NCBI GenBank assembly: GCA_040218735.1
Contig: JAVJQW010000062.1
Span: forward strand, 96,001-160,000
DNA: 64,000 nt
Source of the DNA: Deltaproteobacteria bacterium
GTDB taxonomy: Bacteria; Myxococcota; Kuafuiibacteriia; Kuafuiibacteriales; Kuafuiibacteriaceae
Direction of reading: 5' to 3'
The translations under genes and the position numbers were made by a program. Positions 19,791 to 31,320 of this stretch are shown piece by piece (within the stretch, counting starts at the first letter, position 1; each line of letters opens with the position of its first letter). The notes under the pieces are model-generated. The model did no database searches. It was given only the letters and a program-made list of their open reading frames with translations, and was not told the origin of the DNA.

Positions 19791-19968
19791 GGGTGGGCTC
19801 CTGGATCCCAGGATCGAGGGACGGAGCCGGCGGCACAACGGGGCGGATGCACCTCAACTGCGCACCTGACCGACCATCGGTCGGCGAATGAGATGACGCC
19901 GCGCTGACGCGAAGAGGACAAACGTCGCAGTTCGGGAAGATAGTGGGTCGGGGGACGTAATCCGGCTC

Positions 19969-21657
19969 GTGCATCGCTGGACAACCGTTCCCCTGCTCGC
20001 CCTCGCGCTCGCTGCGGCGCCGACCCTCGCGGGCGCGACCCCGACCATCACGCTCACCGGCAACGCCGAAGGCCCCAAGACCCACGACGCGCGCGGGACG
20101 GTGTCCGGCATGGTCTACAAGGTCCCCGACAGCCCCTTTCGCGACTGCGGCCTCTACAGCGTGATGGTTCGCGACGTCCTCGCGGTGGTCGAGGTGAAGG
20201 CGAAGACCGAGGCGAAGATCTCCATCGTACGCGACGGACGCGCGATCGACGGCCTCGGGCTCATCCTGAGCGATTTGGAGCGCAAGAAGTACGAGTGCAC
20301 GAAGGGCGGCCGCACCTCGATCGCCAAAATCCTCCAGCCGGGACGGTACGAGGTCTACCTCAAAGCGCTCCGGAGCGCGCTGACCGCGGGCCAAAAGGGC
20401 GACGCTTCCGCGATCGTCCGGGTCGACGTCGCCGCGCCGCCGCCGCCCAAACCGCCGCCCGTCGTCGTCGCGGACCCACTCACCCGGGCCCCCGACATCC
20501 AGCGTGCCGAATTCGTGAAGGGCAGCGGCCAGGTCGTGGTCCAGACCGTCGAGGCCCCCGCAGGGTCGATCCGCGCCAAGTGCGGTCCTTCGCACGACTG
20601 GTCGGGCGGTCAGCCGTACTTCGTGTTCCCCGACGAAGCGAGCCTCGAGATCGACTTCGCCCGGCCGACGGGCGACGTCGTGATCGAGTACGCGTCGGTC
20701 GAGTCGACGGAAGTCGCGCACCACGTGACCTATGCGAACGGACGCACGAGCTGCTTCCCGCTCGAAGACGACAGCCCGCGCAACTTCGGGACCGGTAGGA
20801 TGGCGACGGACCCCGTGATTCCGGACGGACCGGTCCTCGTGCGCGTCGGATTCATCGAGAAGAAGCCGCGGCCGCGGGTGACGGTCGTGATCCGCGAGCG
20901 GAAGACGCCGATCGACGCGCTCGCGGTCATGGGCGACATCCCGAACGAGATACCGCTCGCGGAGCGCTACACGAACCGTTGGGTGCCGTTGATGACGCTG
21001 ACCTGGAACCACGCCGAGGACCTGTCGCTCCTGTTCGAGAAGCTCCCCCGGTCGTTGTGGGTGTACGCGCGCTACGACTTCGACAAGGACGTCGTCAAAC
21101 CGACGTGGCTCGGCGGGATGTCGGGACCGACCGAGGAGGACCTGTTGGCCGTGAAGTACCCCAAGAAGAACGAGCCGCTGCTGCTGGTCGCCGAGCAGAC
21201 GGGGACCGCCGTGATCAGCGCCGACGGCAACCGGTATCGCCTGAAGAGTCGAAGCGCGGTGGTCGACGCCCCGGACGGCGAGCCCGTGTTTCCCGCAAAG
21301 GCGCGCAACGTGACGCTCGATCTCGACGAGGGGTCGGAGCACGCGGACGCGAAGCTCGTCGCTGCCGTCGCCAAACACAAGAAGCGCGCGGCGAAGGCGG
21401 AGGCGTGCTGGTTCAAGACCGTGAAAAAGCTCGGAGGGTTCACCAGCCGCGGCGTGAAGATGTACGAGGTCACCTACCGAAACGGCGAGGTCGTCAGCGT
21501 CCAGGACTACGGCAACAAGGTGAGCCGCCGAGCGTCGAAGAAGTGCGGCGTGAATCGCTACCGGAAGGCGGAGGAGAAGCTCCTTCGACGGCTGCACAAG
21601 TCGTACGACGTGCGCGCCAAGAAGCGCCTGGCGGCGATCGCGGCGAAGGCCAACTAA
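19969..21657 (+). CDS. Secreted hypothetical protein
   Basis: Signal peptide LLALALAAAPTLAG, strong codon bias, Lys-rich C-terminus. Confidence 0.75.
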   Translation: MHRWTTVPLLALALAAAPTLAGATPTITLTGNAEGPKTHDARGTVSGMVYKVPDSPFRDCGLYSVMVRDVLAVVEVKAKTEAKISIVRDGRAIDGLGLILSDLERKKYECTKGGRTSIAKILQPGRYEVYLKALRSALTAGQKGDASAIVRVDVAAPPPPKPPPVVVADPLTRAPDIQRAEFVKGSGQVVVQTVEAPAGSIRAKCGPSHDWSGGQPYFVFPDEASLEIDFARPTGDVVIEYASVESTEVAHHVTYANGRTSCFPLEDDSPRNFGTGRMATDPVIPDGPVLVRVGFIEKKPRPRVTVVIRERKTPIDALAVMGDIPNEIPLAERYTNRWVPLMTLTWNHAEDLSLLFEKLPRSLWVYARYDFDKDVVKPTWLGGMSGPTEEDLLAVKYPKKNEPLLLVAEQTGTAVISADGNRYRLKSRSAVVDAPDGEPVFPAKARNVTLDLDEGSEHADAKLVAAVAKHKKRAAKAEACWFKTVKKLGGFTSRGVKMYEVTYRNGEVVSVQDYGNKVSRRASKKCGVNRYRKAEEKLLRRLHKSYDVRAKKRLAAIAAKAN

Positions 21658-21741
21658 GGGGCCCTCGAGCCTCAGCCCGACGCGAAGCCTTCGAGCCTCG
21701 GTCCGGTCGTCGTTCGCGCGTCAGGAGAAGAGGGAGAAAAA

Positions 21742-21819
21742 TGGCGCACCAGGAAGGATTCGAACCTCCGACCTCCGGATTCGTAGTCCGGCGCTCTATC
21801 CGGGCTAAGCTACTGGTGC
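21742..21819 (-). tRNA. tRNA-Arg(ACG)
   Basis: GCACCAG/CTGGTGC acceptor stem, CCGGA-CTACGAA-TCCGG anticodon arm, GGTTCGAATCC, encoded CCA. Confidence 0.97.
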
Positions 21820-21858
21820 GCTGCCCGGCGCCGTAATCACCATCCGCTGGGACCAATG

Positions 21859-22641
21859 TCAACCGATAAGTCGCTGCGCGGTCGGACGGGCGAGCGCTTC
21901 CGTCTCTTTCGCGCTCGCTTCGATGGCGTCGACCGAATCCACGAGCTCGTCGAGGCGGCCCGAGATCTCCTCGGGGGAGTCCATCGTCGCCACCTGGTCG
22001 CGGATCAGCGCCATCGTGTTCTCGACGAGCTGTAGCTGCCCGCGCGCGTGACGGACCCGCCGTCGCATCTCGGCGACCCGCTCCAGGCGGGCCTCCATCA
22101 GCGCGAGGTTGTCGGCGGCGGTGCGGCGCGCTTCGTCGTCCGAGGTCTTCTCGACCACCGCGCGCTGACGTCGGACCTCCGCTTCGAGCGCGTCGAGATC
22201 CGTCCCGTCGAGGAACGCGTCCAACCGCGCCGCCTCCGAAGCGATCCGCACGAACGACTCGACGAGGTGATCCACCTTCGACAGCTCGCCCTGCATCATC
22301 GACATCGACAGCGACGGGTTCTCACCGGTCAGCCGGTGCACGTCCTTCCGCATCCGATCCACTTCGAGGTAGCGGCGACGGTCGTCCTCCGACACCTTCG
22401 ACAGCTGCGTCTGCGTGTCGACCGCGCGCGCTTCGGACGCCGTGTCCGCGAGCAGCGCGGCGTGGTACCGACGCGGCCCCGGCAACGCGGCGCCGACCGT
22501 CAGCCACAACAGCTCCGTCGCGCCCGCGACCGCGAGCGGAATCCAGGTCCCGGTCAGGAACGCCGTCACGCCGGCGCCCGCCAACATCATGACGTTCAGC
22601 GGGTGCGTGAGGGCGGTGGAGAATCGGCTCGGTGCGGCCAC
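21859..22641 (-). CDS. Membrane-anchored coiled-coil protein, putative PspA partner
   Basis: Two N-terminal TM helices plus long helices; 8 nt downstream of the PspA-family gene. Confidence 0.8.
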   Translation of the reverse strand: MAAPSRFSTALTHPLNVMMLAGAGVTAFLTGTWIPLAVAGATELLWLTVGAALPGPRRYHAALLADTASEARAVDTQTQLSKVSEDDRRRYLEVDRMRKDVHRLTGENPSLSMSMMQGELSKVDHLVESFVRIASEAARLDAFLDGTDLDALEAEVRRQRAVVEKTSDDEARRTAADNLALMEARLERVAEMRRRVRHARGQLQLVENTMALIRDQVATMDSPEEISGRLDELVDSVDAIEASAKETEALARPTAQRLIG

Positions 22642-22649
22642 CGCGCCGA

Positions 22650-23357
<708 letters not shown>

Positions 23358-23475
23358 GTGACCTTTCAGATAACCGCGCGCAAAAACACCGTCAAGCGGC
23401 CCCCACCATGACATCGATCCCGGCCACTGGTAGCGTTCCCGGGCCGCGCTGGGCCCCGGTACGGCCGCTCGAGCC

Positions 23476-26400
23476 ATGAACGTCTCCTGTCCATCGTGCA
23501 AGACCCGCTATTCCGTCGACGACAGCCGCGTCCCTGCGACCGGCGTCACGATCCGCTGCCCCAAATGCAGCCATACGTTCGTCGCCAAACGCCCCGACGC
23601 GGGGGCACGGCCGCAGAGCGCCGTCGCCCTCCCCGGTAGCGTCGCGAACGACCGTCCGGCCGCACCGCGCGGATCCAGCGCCGTCGCCCTCCCCGGCAGC
23701 GTCGCGGGGAACAGCCGAATCCCGGCGGCCACCACCGACGCCGGCCTCGACGACGACCTCGATCTCGGCATCGAGGACACGCCGCCGCCGAGCCCCAGCC
23801 CCGCGCCGGGCGGCTACACGGACCTCCCCGCGCCCCGCGCGAGCGCCGCGCAGGCGCAGTCCTTCGACGACGGCGTCCTCGACTTCATCGACAACACCGC
23901 CGACCGCGCGGGCGTCGATGGCGCCCGGCCGGCCTCCATCGAGTACAAGGTTCGGCGCCGCAACGGACGCGTCGACGGCCCATTCGGCGTGCCGCGCCTC
24001 GTCGTGATGATCCGCAACAAGGAGCTCACGGGCGGCGAGGACATCTCCGAAGACGGCGTGCAGTGGCGCGCGATGACCAGCCACCCCGAGCTCAACCAGG
24101 CGATCAACGCGATCGCCGCGGCCGAAGACGGGATGGCGTTCGGCAACGTCGACCTCCCGATCCCCGCCGGCACGGACCTCCCCGCGAGCCGCGACATGCC
24201 GGACCTCGCCGCGCGCGGTCACGCTGCCCCCAGCAGCGCGCCGCCCGCGTTCGGCGGCGGCGCACCGATCGGCGGTGACCTCGAGCTCGACAGCCCCGGC
24301 GGCGGCAACGCCTTCGGAGGCGGCGGCGGCGGCCGCGCCGCGGCTCCGCGTACCCCCTCGTCCATGGATGACCTCATGGACGATCTCGACCTCGACGACG
24401 ATCTCGGCGACGGCGACCTCGACGATCTCGACGACGATCCCCTCGGCGAGGATCCGCCCGCGCCCGGCGAGCGCGCCGCACGCGCCCCGGACGACCTCGA
24501 GGTCGGCGACATCCCCGAGCTCCCGCCGTTCTGGAAGACGTACAAGAAGCCGATCCTCGCGTTCGTCGGCGCCGCGGCGCTGATCCTGGTCGGCGTCTTC
24601 ACGCAGCTGTTCACCAAGTGCGGCGCGTTCGGCGTGCTGTGCGCCTACGAAGCGATCACCGCCACCGCGCCGCCGCCGGCGCCGCCCAAGCCGCCGCCGC
24701 CCCCGCCGAAGGTCGCCGATCCCAAGGAGATCGCGTCGCTGATCGACTCCGGGACCTACGAAGGCTTCCGTTCGGTGTTCGCGACGATCCAGCAGGCCGG
24801 CCCCACGCTGCCGGACAACATGCTCGCGCTCGCGAAGGCCCGTGGCTTCGCCACGCTCGCGTACGGCCCCGCGGTGTTCCCGCTCGACGACCTGACGAGC
24901 TCGGTCGAAGCGCTCAACACCGTCGACCTCGCGAAGGCGATGGGCGGTAACTCCGCCGCGGCGAACGTCGAGATCCTCAAGGCGCGCTCCGCTCTGGAGA
25001 TCCTCACCGCGCAGGCGGGTTCCGCGGCCAACCAGCTCTCCGGGCTCGCGGCGCAGCGATCGGACGACGAGGAGATCGCGCTCCTGCTGGGGGTCGCGTT
25101 GTCCAAGACGAAGAAACCCGTCGAAGCGCTCGCCGCGCTCGACAAGGCGATCATCGCCGCCCCGAAGTACGCGCCTGCGCTCCACGCGATCGGCGACGTC
25201 GTCGCGTCGATGGAGGAGGAGTCGAGCCAGATCGACGCCGCGGTCTGGTACGAAAAGGCGCTGGTCGCGAAGCCGGAGCACGCCCGCTCCGCGATGGCCG
25301 CCGCGGATCTCTACACCGCGATGCATCGGTTCGGGGAGCGCCGCCGCGTCCGCGTGAAGGCGTGTGAGCACGCGGCGGTCGGCCTGCCGCCGGAGCAACG
25401 GGCGCCGGTGCTGCTCGCGACGGTCCAGGACTTCGACCGCCTCGGCCGCATCCTCGAGGTCACGAAGTTCGCCGCCGAGGGTGCGCGGCTCGAGCCCGCC
25501 AACTCGAAGCACGTCGGGCTCGCGGCCATCGCGCTGTCGGCGGAAGGCAAACACGACGAGGGCTTCGCGCTCATCGACAACCTCCTGAAGCGCAACCCCG
25601 CAGACGCCGAGGGGCTCCTCGCCCGCGCGCGCCTCTACAACGCGACGGAGGACATCGCGAAGGGCTTCCTCGATCTCGACGCCGCCCGAAAGTCGGCACC
25701 GAAGGACTACCGCCCGCCGCTGTGGGAGGCGCGCTTTCACCTTCAGCTCGGCAAGTTCAGCGACGCGCGGCTGTCACTCGCGCGCGCGATCAAGCTCGCG
25801 AAGACGGACCCCACGCCGAGCGTGGAGCTCGGTCGCCTCGACCTCTCCGAGGGTGACGTCGATGCGGCATTCCTCCTCGCGCAGGACGCCGTGAAGGTCG
25901 ACCCGTACGACGCGCGGTCGCACGTGCTCCTCGGCGCGTGTTACGGCGCGCGCGGTCAGCTCGACAAGGCGCTCGAGACGTACCAGACGGCGCGCACGCT
26001 GGACGACGAGCTCGTCGACGCGCAGCTCGGCTACGCGAACACCCTCCGCGAGCTCGGCGCGAAGCGGAAGGATCCGGCCACGTCGAAGGAGCTCGGCGAA
26101 GCGATCCCGACCTACCTCGCCGTGCTCGAAGCGAACCCCGGCAACCCGCAGGTGCTGTTCGAGTACGGACGCGGGCTGGAGATGACCGGCGACGTCCAGG
26201 CCGCGCTCGCGCTGTACAAGGAGGCGTCGAGCCTCGACGAGCGCGACGTCCGCCCGCACCTCAAGATGGTGCAGGCCTACCTCACGCAAGAGGAGCCGGA
26301 CCTCGCGGAGGCCACGAAGTCGCTGAAGGTGGCGAAGAAGATCGAGGCGCAGGCCGGCAAGCCGACCGCGGAGGTGTCCTTCTGGGACGCGCGCGTGGCG

Positions 26401-27024
26401 CTGACCGACAGACGAGTGCACGACGCCGAGTCCGCGATGCGACAGGCGGTGGAGATGGAGCCGAAGAACGCGGAGTACGCGTTCTGGTTGGGGCGGGTTC
26501 TGGAGAAGAACAACTCGCTGTACGAGGCGATCACGTTCTACGAGAAGTCGGTCTCCCTGAACTCGCGGCTGGCGAAGGCGCACCGTGCGCTGGGGTGGAC
26601 GGCGATCGAGCGGCACCAGTTCGAAAAGGCCCGCCTCGCGTTCGAAAAGTACCGTGAAGCCGCGCCGGACGACCCGTCGATCTGGGCCGACATCGGGGAG
26701 AGTTACACGCGGCAGAACATGGACGGTAAGGCGCTCACCGCGTTCGAGAAGGCGGTCGCCGCGAACCCGAAACACGCCGACGCGCTGATGCAGATCGGGC
26801 AGATCCTCAGCCGGCGCGGCAAGGACAAGGACGCCGTGAGTTTCTTCAAGCGAGCGACCCGCGCGGCGCCGAAGCGCGCCGACGCTTGGTGTCAGCTCGG
26901 CATCGCGACGAGTCAGCGCGGCGTGACGAAGGAGTCGCGTCGGGCCCTGCAGAAGTGCATCGAGCTCCCGAACGCCCCCGAGGACATGCGGGTCACCGCG
27001 ACGAACATCCTCGAGTCACGCTGA
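23476..27024 (+). CDS. MJ0042-type zinc-ribbon, GYF-like, TM and TPR protein
   Basis: CPSCKTRY...[10 protein letters not shown]; [14 protein letters not shown]; TM near aa 360; many TPRs. Confidence 0.9.
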   Translation: MNVSCPSCKTRYSVDDSRVPATGVTIRCPKCSHTFVAKRPDAGARPQSAVALPGSVANDRPAAPRGSSAVALPGSVAGNSRIPAATTDAGLDDDLDLGIEDTPPPSPSPAPGGYTDLPAPRASAAQAQSFDDGVLDFIDNTADRAGVDGARPASIEYKVRRRNGRVDGPFGVPRLVVMIRNKELTGGEDISEDGVQWRAMTSHPELNQAINAIAAAEDGMAFGNVDLPIPAGTDLPASRDMPDLAARGHAAPSSAPPAFGGGAPIGGDLELDSPGGGNAFGGGGGGRAAAPRTPSSMDDLMDDLDLDDDLGDGDLDDLDDDPLGEDPPAPGERAARAPDDLEVGDIPELPPFWKTYKKPILAFVGAAALILVGVFTQLFTKCGAFGVLCAYEAITATAPPPAPPKPPPPPPKVADPKEIASLIDSGTYEGFRSVFATIQQAGPTLPDNMLALAKARGFATLAYGPAVFPLDDLTSSVEALNTVDLAKAMGGNSAAANVEILKARSALEILTAQAGSAANQLSGLAAQRSDDEEIALLLGVALSKTKKPVEALAALDKAIIAAPKYAPALHAIGDVVASMEEESSQIDAAVWYEKALVAKPEHARSAMAAADLYTAMHRFGERRRVRVKACEHAAVGLPPEQRAPVLLATVQDFDRLGRILEVTKFAAEGARLEPANSKHVGLAAIALSAEGKHDEGFALIDNLLKRNPADAEGLLARARLYNATEDIAKGFLDLDAARKSAPKDYRPPLWEARFHLQLGKFSDARLSLARAIKLAKTDPTPSVELGRLDLSEGDVDAAFLLAQDAVKVDPYDARSHVLLGACYGARGQLDKALETYQTARTLDDELVDAQLGYANTLRELGAKRKDPATSKELGEAIPTYLAVLEANPGNPQVLFEYGRGLEMTGDVQAALALYKEASSLDERDVRPHLKMVQAYLTQEEPDLAEATKSLKVAKKIEAQAGKPTAEVSFWDARVALTDRRVHDAESAMRQAVEMEPKNAEYAFWLGRVLEKNNSLYEAITFYEKSVSLNSRLAKAHRALGWTAIERHQFEKARLAFEKYREAAPDDPSIWADIGESYTRQNMDGKALTAFEKAVAANPKHADALMQIGQILSRRGKDKDAVSFFKRATRAAPKRADAWCQLGIATSQRGVTKESRRALQKCIELPNAPEDMRVTATNILESR

Positions 27025-27028
27025 CGCC

Positions 27029-27940
27029 CTACCAGTAGAGCGCCTCGAACCCGGGGCGATCCAACGCGACCACGATACGAACGTGGTAGGCGGCGCGGGA
27101 CTTCTGCAGCTCGGTGCCGACGAGCGCCGCCTCGATGCAGCCGACCTCCGCGTCCAGATCCGCGGTCACGAGCTCGGCGCGCGCGGCGGTGATTCGACCG
27201 CTGGCGTCGACGTCGGCGACGTACGCCATCGTCACCGGATCCGTGATCGCCTCGCGCGTCGACGCGGTGCACGTCTCGATCTTGTCGCGGGCGGCGGCGA
27301 CCGCGACCGTCGCGCGCTCGTCATCGACGGCGGCGTCGAGGGCGCGCGCTTCGATGCGCACCTTCGCGTCGCCCGGACGAACCCAAGCGGCGAGCCGCTT
27401 CATCGCCTCCGTCTCGAGCTGCGCGAGGGCGTCACCCTCGGCGGGGACCAGCCGATACGCGAGGGCCTCGACGTGCAGCGCCCACTGACCGCTCCCCTTC
27501 TTCGTGAAGCAGGAAGCGAGCGCACCCGCTTCGGCCTCCGCGAGGCGGAACGTGACTTCGAGCTCGAGCGCCTTCGCCGCGCGCTGGGCCTTGGCGCGGT
27601 CGGCGCGGGTCGCGTCGATGGTGAACGCGGCGTCGCGCTCGTCCGCCGACAACAACGCGGCGCCGTCGAGCGCGAGGAGCGGACGATCCAGCGCGAGCGG
27701 GAGCGCGCCGTCCGCGTACGCGCGGAAGTCGAACCCGGCCGGACCGATCCGCGTGCGGTAGACGGCGCCGACCGCGGACGGCTCCCCGCCGCAGAGCTGC
27801 TTCAGGGCGTCGACCGTCAGGGCGCTCGGCTTCGCGAGCGAGCCCGGCCGGTCCGACCGCAGCATCGCGCGCTCGTCGGGGGCCGGCGCGGCCACGAGAC
27901 CGAGGGCGAGCGAGAGGGCGAGCGGCTGCGCGATAACCAT
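27029..27940 (-). CDS. Exported protein with an AgmX/PglI-like (TonB-C-like) C-terminal domain
   Basis: Signal peptide; IETC...VDASGRITAA...VGCIEAAL Cys pair. Confidence 0.65.
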   Translation of the reverse strand: MVIAQPLALSLALGLVAAPAPDERAMLRSDRPGSLAKPSALTVDALKQLCGGEPSAVGAVYRTRIGPAGFDFRAYADGALPLALDRPLLALDGAALLSADERDAAFTIDATRADRAKAQRAAKALELEVTFRLAEAEAGALASCFTKKGSGQWALHVEALAYRLVPAEGDALAQLETEAMKRLAAWVRPGDAKVRIEARALDAAVDDERATVAVAAARDKIETCTASTREAITDPVTMAYVADVDASGRITAARAELVTADLDAEVGCIEAALVGTELQKSRAAYHVRIVVALDRPGFEALYW

Positions 27941-28054
27941 AAAGTGATGCTAAATTATGGTCTAATTAAACATCAATCATGGAGGCCCCACTTCGCACGA
28001 TTTGGTGTTGCGCGTGTGGGACGTTTCTGGTTTATGCGTACGCCTTCCGTGGGC

Positions 28055-28130
<76 letters not shown>

Positions 28131-28147
28131 CACCTTTCCCCGCGGCT

Positions 28148-28663
28148 TCAGTCGCGATCTCCGCACAGCAGGGCCTCTTCGATGCCTTCGATCGGCTCGG
28201 GCCACAGGACCGTCGCGTCGAACCCGTCTTCGAAGGTCCGGAGCAGCTCGTCCGTCACGGTGGCGGTGACGGTGACGCGGCGGTCCTCGATCTCCCACGG
28301 CCGCGCCAAAAGGGCTCGGATTCCGAAGGCTTCGCAGACCTCGCCCGCCCCCGCGAGGCGGGTGACGAGTCGGGAGGTCAGCACCCGCTCCCCGGCCTGC
28401 ACGTCGAAGATCGTGAAGTCGACGGTCGCCCGCGTCCCCGGCAGCCCCGTGGTGCGCACCGCGAGATCCAGGTGGCAGCCCCCCTGGGGCCCGCGGGCGA
28501 GCCGCAGCGTCCCGTCCGGCGGCGCGTAGCCGGTCGCGCCCTGCCCGAGCTCCACCGTCGCCTCCGGGCTCGACGCACAACCGACGTCGAGCGGCGGCAC
28601 CTCCCCGGTGCAGCCGGCGAGCGTCGCGAGGAATACCCAAATCCCGAAGTTTCTCGGCACCAT
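28148..28663 (-). CDS. Hypothetical lipoprotein
   Basis: Start re-called at ATG 28663; LAGC lipobox. Confidence 0.7.
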   Translation of the reverse strand: MVPRNFGIWVFLATLAGCTGEVPPLDVGCASSPEATVELGQGATGYAPPDGTLRLARGPQGGCHLDLAVRTTGLPGTRATVDFTIFDVQAGERVLTSRLVTRLAGAGEVCEAFGIRALLARPWEIEDRRVTVTATVTDELLRTFEDGFDATVLWPEPIEGIEEALLCGDRD

Positions 28664-28784
28664 GGGGCAAGTCGCGGATGGTCGATTCGACCCCCGAAAC
28701 CCGAAAGTGCGCACGCCCGTACGAGACCGGTTCGTCGCACCCCGCGGCGGACCTCGCCGTGCGGCGCCCCAACGGATCGCTCGA

Positions 28785-30473
28785 ATGAAAAGCACGTACG
28801 CCTCGATTACCGCCGTCCTCACGCTTTTGGCGACCCCGGCCGCGGCCGACACCCCGGACATCTTCGGACGTACCGGGATCTACGACCTCACCGGACACCC
28901 CGAAATCGCGGACATCCGCATCGATCAGAGCTTCGTGATGGGCGGCGAGCCCGCCGACCCGGCCCTGAATCGGCTGAAGGGCGCTCCGACCGTCGAGGTC
29001 CGAGAGAACTTCCTGTACGTGCACGACGCGGACGGGCAGCTCACGATCCCGCCGCGCAGCGGACGTGACCTCGGCGAGTACTTCCAGCTCGCGGCGACCG
29101 AGCTGTACCGCGTCCTCCCCGACGAGTTCGTGTTCCTGATCCTGTTCACGACGTTCGACGCCAACGTCGGCGCGTTCTTCTACAGCCCGGAAGCCAACGA
29201 CACCCGCGGCATCGGCTCGCAGGTGTTCGACTCCAACGGGTCGTCCCCGCGCGAAGGTATCGTGTTCATGAACTACTACCGCGCCGTCGACGAGCTGTAC
29301 GGCCAGCTCGGCCTCCCCCAGCCGTCGATCGACGCGCAGCGCCGCAGCATCTTCAACCAGGAGGTCGGGCACCGCTGGGGTTCCTTCGTCACCGTCGGCG
29401 GCGGTCCGAACGGGTCGGGCGACGACATCCTCCTCGGGCGCGACGAAGGGCACTGGAGCTACTTCGCCCACACCGGCGGCTCGCCGATGGAAGGCAACGA
29501 CTGGGCCGACAACGGCAACGGCACGTTCACGACGCGCACCGGCGTCGACAACTACATCTACTCGGACCTCGACCTGTACCTGATGGGCATGCTCGCGCCA
29601 ACCGAGGTGGCGCCGTGGTTCGTCATCGACAACGTCGACGTCGGCGGCGCCCGCGACCTCTCCGGTCGCACCGTGAATCGTGCGTCGCCCCCGCAGTTCA
29701 TCAGCGCCTTCCGCGGCGGGTCGGTGACGGTGAGCGGGACGCGCGTCGAGATGACGGTGCAGAACATCATCAACCGCGCGGGCAACCGAACGCCCAACGC
29801 CGACGACGCGCCCCGCAGCTTCCGCACCGCGATCGTCTTCCTCGGCGGCCAGTCGACGCCGGCGAGCGAGCCCGTGAAGCAGCAGTTCGGCGCGATGGTC
29901 GACAACGTCGTCGCCGGCTTCGAGACCGGCACCGGCGGGCGCGGCACGCTCGACTACATCCTGATGGAGCAGCCCCGCATCCCGATCGGCGGCGTCTGCA
30001 GCCAGGCCTCCGAGTGCGACCCGATGGACGCCACGATCTGCGTCGGCCTCCCCGCCGGCACCACGCCGATCTGCACACGCGCGTGCGACTCGGAGGCGAC
30101 CTGCCCCACCGGCTGGTGCTGCGCGCTCCACGCGCCGAGCGGCACGAACGTGTGCGCCACCGGCGACGCCTGCATCGAGCCGGAGCCGGAACCCGAGCCC
30201 GAGCCGATGACGTGCGCCTGCGACATGACGGCCATGACCTGCGACGCCAACTGCGCCTGCGACACGGACTGCGGCACCGTCGACCCGAGCGGCATCTGCA
30301 GCTGCGACCTCACGTACGCGTGTGACACCGCGCCGGGCGGTGGCGAGTGCCTCTGCGATCCGGAGTGCGACAGCGGCTGCGGCTGCGCGAGCACCGAGGC
30401 CGAGGCCGCGACGACGCCGGCGTTGATGGCGGCGCTGGTGCTGATCGCCTTCGCGATCCGACGACGACGCTGA
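28785..30473 (+). CDS. Surface protein with a metallopeptidase-like domain (QExGH), Cys-rich region and MYXO-CTERM
   Basis: Start ATG 28785 with signal peptide; QEVGHRW...GHWSYF...SPMEGN...DLYLMG; GCGC...TM...RRRR tail. Confidence 0.85.
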   Translation: MKSTYASITAVLTLLATPAAADTPDIFGRTGIYDLTGHPEIADIRIDQSFVMGGEPADPALNRLKGAPTVEVRENFLYVHDADGQLTIPPRSGRDLGEYFQLAATELYRVLPDEFVFLILFTTFDANVGAFFYSPEANDTRGIGSQVFDSNGSSPREGIVFMNYYRAVDELYGQLGLPQPSIDAQRRSIFNQEVGHRWGSFVTVGGGPNGSGDDILLGRDEGHWSYFAHTGGSPMEGNDWADNGNGTFTTRTGVDNYIYSDLDLYLMGMLAPTEVAPWFVIDNVDVGGARDLSGRTVNRASPPQFISAFRGGSVTVSGTRVEMTVQNIINRAGNRTPNADDAPRSFRTAIVFLGGQSTPASEPVKQQFGAMVDNVVAGFETGTGGRGTLDYILMEQPRIPIGGVCSQASECDPMDATICVGLPAGTTPICTRACDSEATCPTGWCCALHAPSGTNVCATGDACIEPEPEPEPEPMTCACDMTAMTCDANCACDTDCGTVDPSGICSCDLTYACDTAPGGGECLCDPECDSGCGCASTEAEAATTPALMAALVLIAFAIRRRR

Positions 30474-30494
30474 ACGAACCGACGCCCTAGACGC

Positions 30495-30538
30495 AAGAAA
30501 GGCCGCGAGCCCCAGGGGCCGCGGCCTTTCGTCTTTTC
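30495..30538. terminator. Probable bidirectional intrinsic terminator
   Basis: gaaaggccgcg...cgcggcctttc stem followed by gtctttt, between convergent genes. Confidence 0.8.
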
Positions 30539-30549
30539 GGGGCTTTCGA

Positions 30550-30825
30550 CTACTTGGGCGGTGCTTCGGGGGGCGTCCCGAGGAGCTCCTCGAGATCGAG
30601 CGCTTCCCCCGTAGCGAAGTGGAAGTACGCCTGCGCGGCCTCCTGCGCGAGCGTCTTGTAGATGGCGTCCCGGTGGGACGAGCTCAATGCGGGGTCGCTC
30701 TGGACCCCGCGGAGTGCCTCTGCGAACGCTTCGAGGTCGGTCCCCGCCTCCGAGATCGTCCGGATGTGTCGGAGGATTCGAGGGTCTCGGGGACCGATGC
30801 GCTCGATCTTGTCGGCGTCTGCCAT
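30550..30825 (-). CDS. Hypothetical protein (91 aa)
   Basis: Protein-like helical ORF between the terminator and the next gene. Confidence 0.65.
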   Translation of the reverse strand: MADADKIERIGPRDPRILRHIRTISEAGTDLEAFAEALRGVQSDPALSSSHRDAIYKTLAQEAAQAYFHFATGEALDLEELLGTPPEAPPK

Positions 30826-30854
30826 GTCGGCGACGACTCTAGCTCAAAAGCGGC

Positions 30855-31202
30855 CTAAAAGGCGCCCCACATCATCGAGCCCATCATCATCGGGTTGTAA
30901 GGCATCGCACCCATCATCATGGGGTTCATGCCGTACGCGCCCATCGCCATCGGGTTCATGAACATCGCGGCACCAAAGCCACCGTTGTACATGGCCGACA
31001 TCGTGCGGCTGCCGAGGAACAGTTTGCCGAGACCATCGCCGAAGTAGGTCTTCAGGAAGCCTCCGCGGCCGGTCATCCGGTTCATCATCCACGCCTGGGT
31101 GAAGTCCGGATCCGAGCCGAAGAGCTTTCCGATCATGTTCGCGCCGGTGAAAAGACCGATCGCGCCCACGGCGAGCTTAGCGGCGAGCAAGGGGAATGCC
31201 AT
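30855..31202 (-). CDS. Gly/Met-rich small hypothetical protein
   Basis: AAAGGAAG RBS; MNPMAMGAYGMNPMMMGAMPYNPMMMG repeats. Confidence 0.75.
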   Translation of the reverse strand: MAFPLLAAKLAVGAIGLFTGANMIGKLFGSDPDFTQAWMMNRMTGRGGFLKTYFGDGLGKLFLGSRTMSAMYNGGFGAAMFMNPMAMGAYGMNPMMMGAMPYNPMMMGSMMWGAF

Positions 31203-31219
31203 GTTCTTGTCTTCCTTTC

Positions 31220-31255
31220 ACACGTACACGTGTACGTGTCGCTCCCTTATCGGCG
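31220..31255 (-). promoter_or_regulatory. Perfect 20-bp palindrome plus a sigma-28-like -10 (GCCGATAA)
   Basis: acacgtacacgtgtacgtgt at 31220-31239; ttatcggc on + reads GCCGATAA on -. Confidence 0.5.
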
Positions 31256-31320
31256 CCCGGGTCCGACCCGTTGCGCGAAAATGATAGACATCACAAACAC
31301 TTACACGAGCCTACAACAGA

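Noticed and set aside
27930-27970. dif-like site (CATAA...TTATG)
   Set aside because: The spacer is 12 bp rather than 6 and the XerD arm does not match
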